From contig PRDH01000026.1 of NCBI GenBank assembly GCA_003345545.1, forward strand, positions 1-64,000: a stretch of 64,000 nucleotides of DNA. Direction: 5' to 3'. The notes under the pieces were generated by a model that made no database searches, was not told where the DNA came from, and was given only the letters and a program-made list of their open reading frames with translations. Origin of the DNA: Candidatus Thorarchaeota archaeon. Lineage in GTDB: Archaea; Asgardarchaeota; Thorarchaeia; Thorarchaeales; Thorarchaeaceae. Positions 59,166-64,000 of this stretch are shown here, piece after piece; within the stretch, counting starts at the first letter, position 1, and the number at the start of each line of letters is the position of its first letter. The translations under genes and the position numbers were made by a program.

Positions 59166-60632
59166 ATGATCGACCTCACAAAGAACGAAAATCAGCTCAT
59201 GAGAACAGTTGAGCGTTGTCGCGAACGGAACATTGTGATACCCACCTTTGAGCAGATGAAGAATCCAAAAAAGGCTCCAAAGAGAATCAGAGACGAACTC
59301 AAAGGCATAGGCCTCTGGGACGTGGTTCCACAGAATCTATTTCGAATCACTTGGAAGAATGAGCCTGTTGAAAAGGGTGGTCAGTTTCAACAGCTGGCAA
59401 ACTACATGGAGATGCCACCTGAGCTCACAGGTGTTGAAGCAAGAATCATCGCACTTGTTGGCAAATGGTTCCCCACCGGAGCGCACAAGGTTGGAGCCTC
59501 ATTTGGTTGCCTAGTGCCTCGCCTTGTCACCGGGCAGTTCGATCCTACCCACCACAAAGCAGTCTGGCCTTCGACAGGGAATTATTGCCGTGGTGGTGCA
59601 TACGACGCAGCGCTTCTTGGTTGTGAGAGCATAGCCATCTTGCCTGAGGAAATGAGTCAGGAACGCTTCGATTGGCTCAAGACTGTCGCTGGAGAGATCA
59701 TCAAGACGCGGGGTTCGGAGAGCAATGTCAAGGAGATCTATGATAAGGTCGCAGAGCTTAAGGCGACTCGAGAGAACGTCTTCATCTTCAATCAGTTCGC
59801 AGAGTTTGGCAACTACCTCTTCCACTATGAGGTGACAGGACATGCGATGAAGGAAATTCTGAGCCATGAACTTGGAAATGATACGTATCGTGGTGTCTGT
59901 TTGACCACTGGGTCTGCTGGCACTGTTGCCTGCGGTGACCAATTGAAACAGGCCTATCCCGCCTCAAAGATTGCTGCAGGAGAGGCTGTTCAGTGCCCTA
60001 CTCTTTGGCTCAATGGCTATGGTGCTCATCGAATCGAAGGTATCGGGGACAAGCATGTTCCTTGGATACACAATGTTCGCAATACAGACCTGATCATCGC
60101 AATTGATGATGCTGATTCGATGAACTTGATGCGGCTCTTCAATGAACCTGAAGGTCGCAAATATCTCATTAACGAAATTGGCGCGCCAGAAAAGATAGTA
60201 GCGCAACTTGGACTGCTGGGCATCTCCAGCATAGCGAATCTGCTTATGGCCATAAAATTCGCCAAGTACTATGAACTAACTGAGAATGACGTGGTGCTTA
60301 CAGTCTTCACAGATTCAATGGATATGTACAGGTCGAGGATGCTCGAGGCACAGTCAGCCTCTGGACCATATTCATCCAAGCAGAGCACAAGAGATTACTA
60401 TGGGCACTTGAAGGCTCAGAAGACAGATGCCATGATTGAGCTGGGTCACTACGATAGAAAGAGAATCCATCACCTCAAGTACTATACCTGGATTGAACAG
60501 CAGGGGATGGAACTAGATGAGCTCAATGCTCAATGGTATGACTATCCAGCATACTGGGAACGAATCCAACATCTGATGCCAAAGATTGACAAGTTGATCA
60601 TTGAGTTCAATGAAAAGGTCGGCTTGATATAG
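59166..60632 (+). CDS. fold-type II PLP-dependent enzyme (cysteine synthase/TrpB superfamily), uncharacterised
   Basis: PTGAHKVGA PLP lysine, STGNY, TGSAGT, HRIEGIG. Confidence 0.82.
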   Translation: MIDLTKNENQLMRTVERCRERNIVIPTFEQMKNPKKAPKRIRDELKGIGLWDVVPQNLFRITWKNEPVEKGGQFQQLANYMEMPPELTGVEARIIALVGKWFPTGAHKVGASFGCLVPRLVTGQFDPTHHKAVWPSTGNYCRGGAYDAALLGCESIAILPEEMSQERFDWLKTVAGEIIKTRGSESNVKEIYDKVAELKATRENVFIFNQFAEFGNYLFHYEVTGHAMKEILSHELGNDTYRGVCLTTGSAGTVACGDQLKQAYPASKIAAGEAVQCPTLWLNGYGAHRIEGIGDKHVPWIHNVRNTDLIIAIDDADSMNLMRLFNEPEGRKYLINEIGAPEKIVAQLGLLGISSIANLLMAIKFAKYYELTENDVVLTVFTDSMDMYRSRMLEAQSASGPYSSKQSTRDYYGHLKAQKTDAMIELGHYDRKRIHHLKYYTWIEQQGMELDELNAQWYDYPAYWERIQHLMPKIDKLIIEFNEKVGLI

Positions 60633-60880
60633 TCACTATGCCCATTTGATTCTCCCTGCTTCTCAGAAAGCGTCGCTCTTGAGCGTGGTGTACGCAGTTT
60701 ACTAGTAGAAACATTCGCAATTAGCTTGGAAGGTCTAACCAGCATTATCTGAAATACCCGTGCAGGCATGCTAATCGCACGCAAATTAGTCCTATCGGGA
60801 AGAGTGGTAAGTTGGATTGCTCGCTGTTTCCTGTAGTATTACACTAGCAGTTTAGCTTACATAATCGAGGAGGCTAGCTC

Positions 60881-63800
60881 TTGAAACGCAACATCATACT
60901 GGTATTTCCTCTGATGTGCATCGTGCTAATCCTCATTCCATCGATATATGATCTCCCCCAGAATGCTCGCATGCTAGAAGGTCTAGATTACAGGCAAAAC
61001 GGGAACCTTCCCGTTGAGAATTATGCCGTGGTAGATAGGCAAACAGGCGTCTTTGATCCCGTTGTAGTTGAGCATATAGGGTCATCTGCCTGGGCGTCGA
61101 CATACACATCTGCGCGTACTGATGTATCACCTTCCCCAGGTTCTGCTGTGTTCATGCCTGCAGGTCCCACAGGCAATCAATACTCCTCGGATTGCGTTGC
61201 GGGTCACTTCCTAGTCGGGTCTGGAGGAAGTACTGATTTTGGATCATCTGAAGGGACACTCTCTCTTTGGTTGAAATGGGACCTCACAGCCCCCAATGGC
61301 CGCTTTTGGGGCCAACACGCCAACTTCGAAACAAGATGGACTACCAACAGACTGACTCTTGACTGGGGGAGTGATAACACACTCTTCGGGACGAAATCCA
61401 ACTGGTCAATAGATCATTGGTATTTCATCGCAATAACCTGGGATCAGACAATCAACTCTCTAGTAGCCTATTGGGGTGATGAGGAAACAGAGCCCATAGA
61501 GGATGCTTCGCTATCATGGACCGGTTCTGTTTCGGATCTACTTACTCAGAACAACATAATGAGTTCGCGAGGATCGGCAAGCTATCGTGTTGATGGACAT
61601 GTCGACGAGTTCAGATACTATTCAGTTGAAAGAAGTCTGGATGAATTGAGAATTGACTACAGGACAACTCTCACAGGCTCTGAACTTGGTCTCGTACACT
61701 ATTACCAGTTTGAAAACGACCTAGCGGATTCCGCCAGTGACACTGCTCTTGTTCAGGCAGGCAGTCACGTTTTCAGCCAAGATGTAGCCTCAGGGATTGG
61801 AGGATGGAGAGCAGAGCAAATCGAAATCGGCATTCGTGATTTGGAGCTGCTCAGTGTTCTGAACGGCTCCCTTGAGAGCGGAGTTCCAGGTACTGTGGTA
61901 GATTGGTCTGGTGACGCTAGTTGTTATCCATATGGTTGGCGAGCGCGCAGAGAGATTCTTGATACCCATGGCTACCAGCGAGTTTCATACAGCAATTCCG
62001 ACCCGAAATACTTGGTTCTTGAGAACGAGGGCTATGAAGATTCTGCTGCACCCAGCACACACCGCCACTATAATGGCACCAAGATCTACTGGTACCAAAT
62101 CGTGAATAATAGCAAGCACAATACTCAGTTTCAGTTCAGTATGAACTACCTCTATCAGAGAGGTCCAATCGGAGAGAATCATAGTGGCAATTTCAAGTTC
62201 AGTTTTCAGATCATGAATGGTTCATCTACTCTATGGAACTGGTCTGTAGACCCTACCAACATAACACAGCGCGGGATTTGGAATGAGATCGATTCCGTGG
62301 TAGTGAATTTGCCGGAGGTGCTTTCTACTTTTGAGGTAAGAGTTTGTTTTGCAGTCGACACGAACTCGAGCTATGTCGAGATCTCAGACTCAGATCCTGA
62401 TTTGGATGGCGACCCAGCAAATGGGAGGTATATCACGTTTCTAGTGGACGACATATCTCTCACAGTACTAGAAAATCTCAGTCCACAAAATGTTAATCTG
62501 CATGTCAATGTTGAACTAGTCGGCGACAATCCGATACTCGGCGACTCGGAATCTGGAACGATTTCGTTGAATCATACTTACTGGGAAAAAGCTGCAATCC
62601 CTTTCACATTCACATCAAATGCGAGTGTGTCATTTGAATACTCAGTTTGTGTTAGTCGGATGACGAAGTTCTACAACTCATCATTCTCGACGAACCTTAG
62701 TGACTTGGGCGTCGCATATGAGATTGACCTCAACCAAGATGCAGACCTATTCATCTTCACTTATATTCAATCCTACTCGGAGGCAAGAGACCTAGGCCTT
62801 ATCGTACACTATCGCGATGATTGGCGCAGCCCAACTGTGGAAGACCCCTTTGGCAACGACCTCACTGCTCAGGCATTAGTCGAATCTGATCGCTTGGAGA
62901 TTCCATCTGGTCTGGCCAGCGTCGTTGGTTGGTGGAAAATCAATCTGAAAGCACCAAACTATCTAGCGTCGATGTCGACTCAGGTACTTAGAAGCTCTGA
63001 ATCGACTTGGAAGACTGAAGCAGTTTTTCGTAGTGGCGATCAAATTCGCTGCAATGCCCTCATTGGTACTGAGTCTGAATTGACTTCTCCCATATTCGAT
63101 GTCAAGGCTGACTGGTATCTGCCAACAGGAGCTCTGTGGTCCAGCGAGACTATCGCCGAATCAAATAGCTCCTCTATTGTGAGTAATGGAACCACATTGG
63201 GACCTTACAATGCGACAATTGGAGAATGGATGGTTTCCGTATCTTGGTTCAATGGAACGGAGGTGGCATTTGGCTCGATCACATTTGAGGTACATCATAG
63301 ACTGACAATATTCGCTCAGACTCCGAGCATCGATGTTGCGCCTGGAGAACAATTCACAGCAACCATCTCGCTCTATGATCAAGACAATGGCAATCCTATT
63401 CTCGGTGATGCTCGCGTAGTTGGAAATTGGTCTTCCCTTGATATTCAATTCAATCCTAATCTTGCAAGAAGTTGGTGGGAGGCCGATTTCAACTCTTCAG
63501 TAGTGGGAACAGGTAGTTTTGTTCTCCTAGTTTCTGTCAGCATGCCCTATTATGTTGCGAACAACTGCACAATCAACGTGAACATCCCCGTTGCCGAGTC
63601 GCTATTCATGATTACCGTTAGAGCCACTCTTGTTGGAGCTCTAGCCGTGTTCGCTCTGTTCCTTGTTACTGCAATCAGTCGCCGTATCTATGTGCAAACA
63701 ATGACACGCAGGAACCTGGAACTCCTGGCCCTAAGAGGACGTTTCGAGGATGCAAGAAATCTAATCGGTATTCTAGTCATCCACCGCTCGATTGGTCTTC

Positions 63801-64000
63801 CCATTTACTCCCGAATCCTCAAGGGCGGCTTTCAAGAGTCCCTTCTAAGTTCGTTCATAACTGCGCTGTCACAATTCAGAGCGGAGTTCTCGTGGGATGA
63901 ACCAAGATGGACAGCGATACCCATTACAGAAGTAATTACCGCTGTTCAGACCGAGGTCCTCATCTGTGCCATGATAAGCGTCGAACCTGCTACGCCAAGG
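60881..64000 (+). CDS. large single-pass surface protein: signal peptide, LamG-like domain, TM helix, cytoplasmic longin-like domain; 3'-truncated and absent from the ORF track
   Basis: GAGGAGG RBS then TTG 60881 (KRNIILVFPLMCIVLILIP); GTLSLWLKW...WYFIAITWD...GHVDEFRYY LamG pattern; TM ATLVGALAVFALFLVTAI; the same frame reads through to base 64000. Confidence 0.85.
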   Translation, partial: MKRNIILVFPLMCIVLILIPSIYDLPQNARMLEGLDYRQNGNLPVENYAVVDRQTGVFDPVVVEHIGSSAWASTYTSARTDVSPSPGSAVFMPAGPTGNQYSSDCVAGHFLVGSGGSTDFGSSEGTLSLWLKWDLTAPNGRFWGQHANFETRWTTNRLTLDWGSDNTLFGTKSNWSIDHWYFIAITWDQTINSLVAYWGDEETEPIEDASLSWTGSVSDLLTQNNIMSSRGSASYRVDGHVDEFRYYSVERSLDELRIDYRTTLTGSELGLVHYYQFENDLADSASDTALVQAGSHVFSQDVASGIGGWRAEQIEIGIRDLELLSVLNGSLESGVPGTVVDWSGDASCYPYGWRARREILDTHGYQRVSYSNSDPKYLVLENEGYEDSAAPSTHRHYNGTKIYWYQIVNNSKHNTQFQFSMNYLYQRGPIGENHSGNFKFSFQIMNGSSTLWNWSVDPTNITQRGIWNEIDSVVVNLPEVLSTFEVRVCFAVDTNSSYVEISDSDPDLDGDPANGRYITFLVDDISLTVLENLSPQNVNLHVNVELVGDNPILGDSESGTISLNHTYWEKAAIPFTFTSNASVSFEYSVCVSRMTKFYNSSFSTNLSDLGVAYEIDLNQDADLFIFTYIQSYSEARDLGLIVHYRDDWRSPTVEDPFGNDLTAQALVESDRLEIPSGLASVVGWWKINLKAPNYLASMSTQVLRSSESTWKTEAVFRSGDQIRCNALIGTESELTSPIFDVKADWYLPTGALWSSETIAESNSSSIVSNGTTLGPYNATIGEWMVSVSWFNGTEVAFGSITFEVHHRLTIFAQTPSIDVAPGEQFTATISLYDQDNGNPILGDARVVGNWSSLDIQFNPNLARSWWEADFNSSVVGTGSFVLLVSVSMPYYVANNCTINVNIPVAESLFMITVRATLVGALAVFALFLVTAISRRIYVQTMTRRNLELLALRGRFEDARNLIGILVIHRSIGLPIYSRILKGGFQESLLSSFITALSQFRAEFSWDEPRWTAIPITEVITAVQTEVLICAMISVEPATPR

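Noticed and set aside
60933-63448. Short ORFs listed in the last 3 kb, suggesting a non-coding or decayed region
   Set aside because: All lie within the single long plus-strand gene starting at 60881, which the track apparently omitted because it has no stop in the window.

Overview
Gene-dense 64 kb archaeal chromosomal segment, most likely from an Asgard archaeon (Thorarchaeia-like). This assignment is an inference from an archaeal-type ThrRS with N-terminal editing domain, two Rab-like small GTPases, two longin-like domains, many TTG/GTG starts and N-glycosylated surface proteins. About 50 CDS are supported; I recognised no rRNA, tRNA, CRISPR array or transposase. Contents in order: a cluster of three unrelated DNA glycosylases (Fpg/Nei-like, AlkD, YcaQ/AlkZ); CopA; a co-oriented block of Rab GTPase, Zn-ribbon, longin and ~15-TM membrane protein; a molybdopterin oxidoreductase with a ferredoxin inserted in its last domain; an SCP2 + FAD oxidoreductase + HdrD-like operon; a polar amino-acid ABC operon apparently using CTG/ATA starts; and an amino-acid/pyruvate neighbourhood (lpdA-like, thiolase, thrS, saccharopine-DH family, threonine dehydratase, threonine 3-dehydrogenase, ppdK). 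The ORF track omits a >1040-aa gene running off the right edge that encodes a LamG ectodomain, one TM helix and a cytoplasmic longin-like domain. Best candidate for an undescribed system: membrane receptor -> longin -> Rab-like GTPase signalling, present in both fused and split forms. All family calls are by-eye motif recognition; no searches were run.
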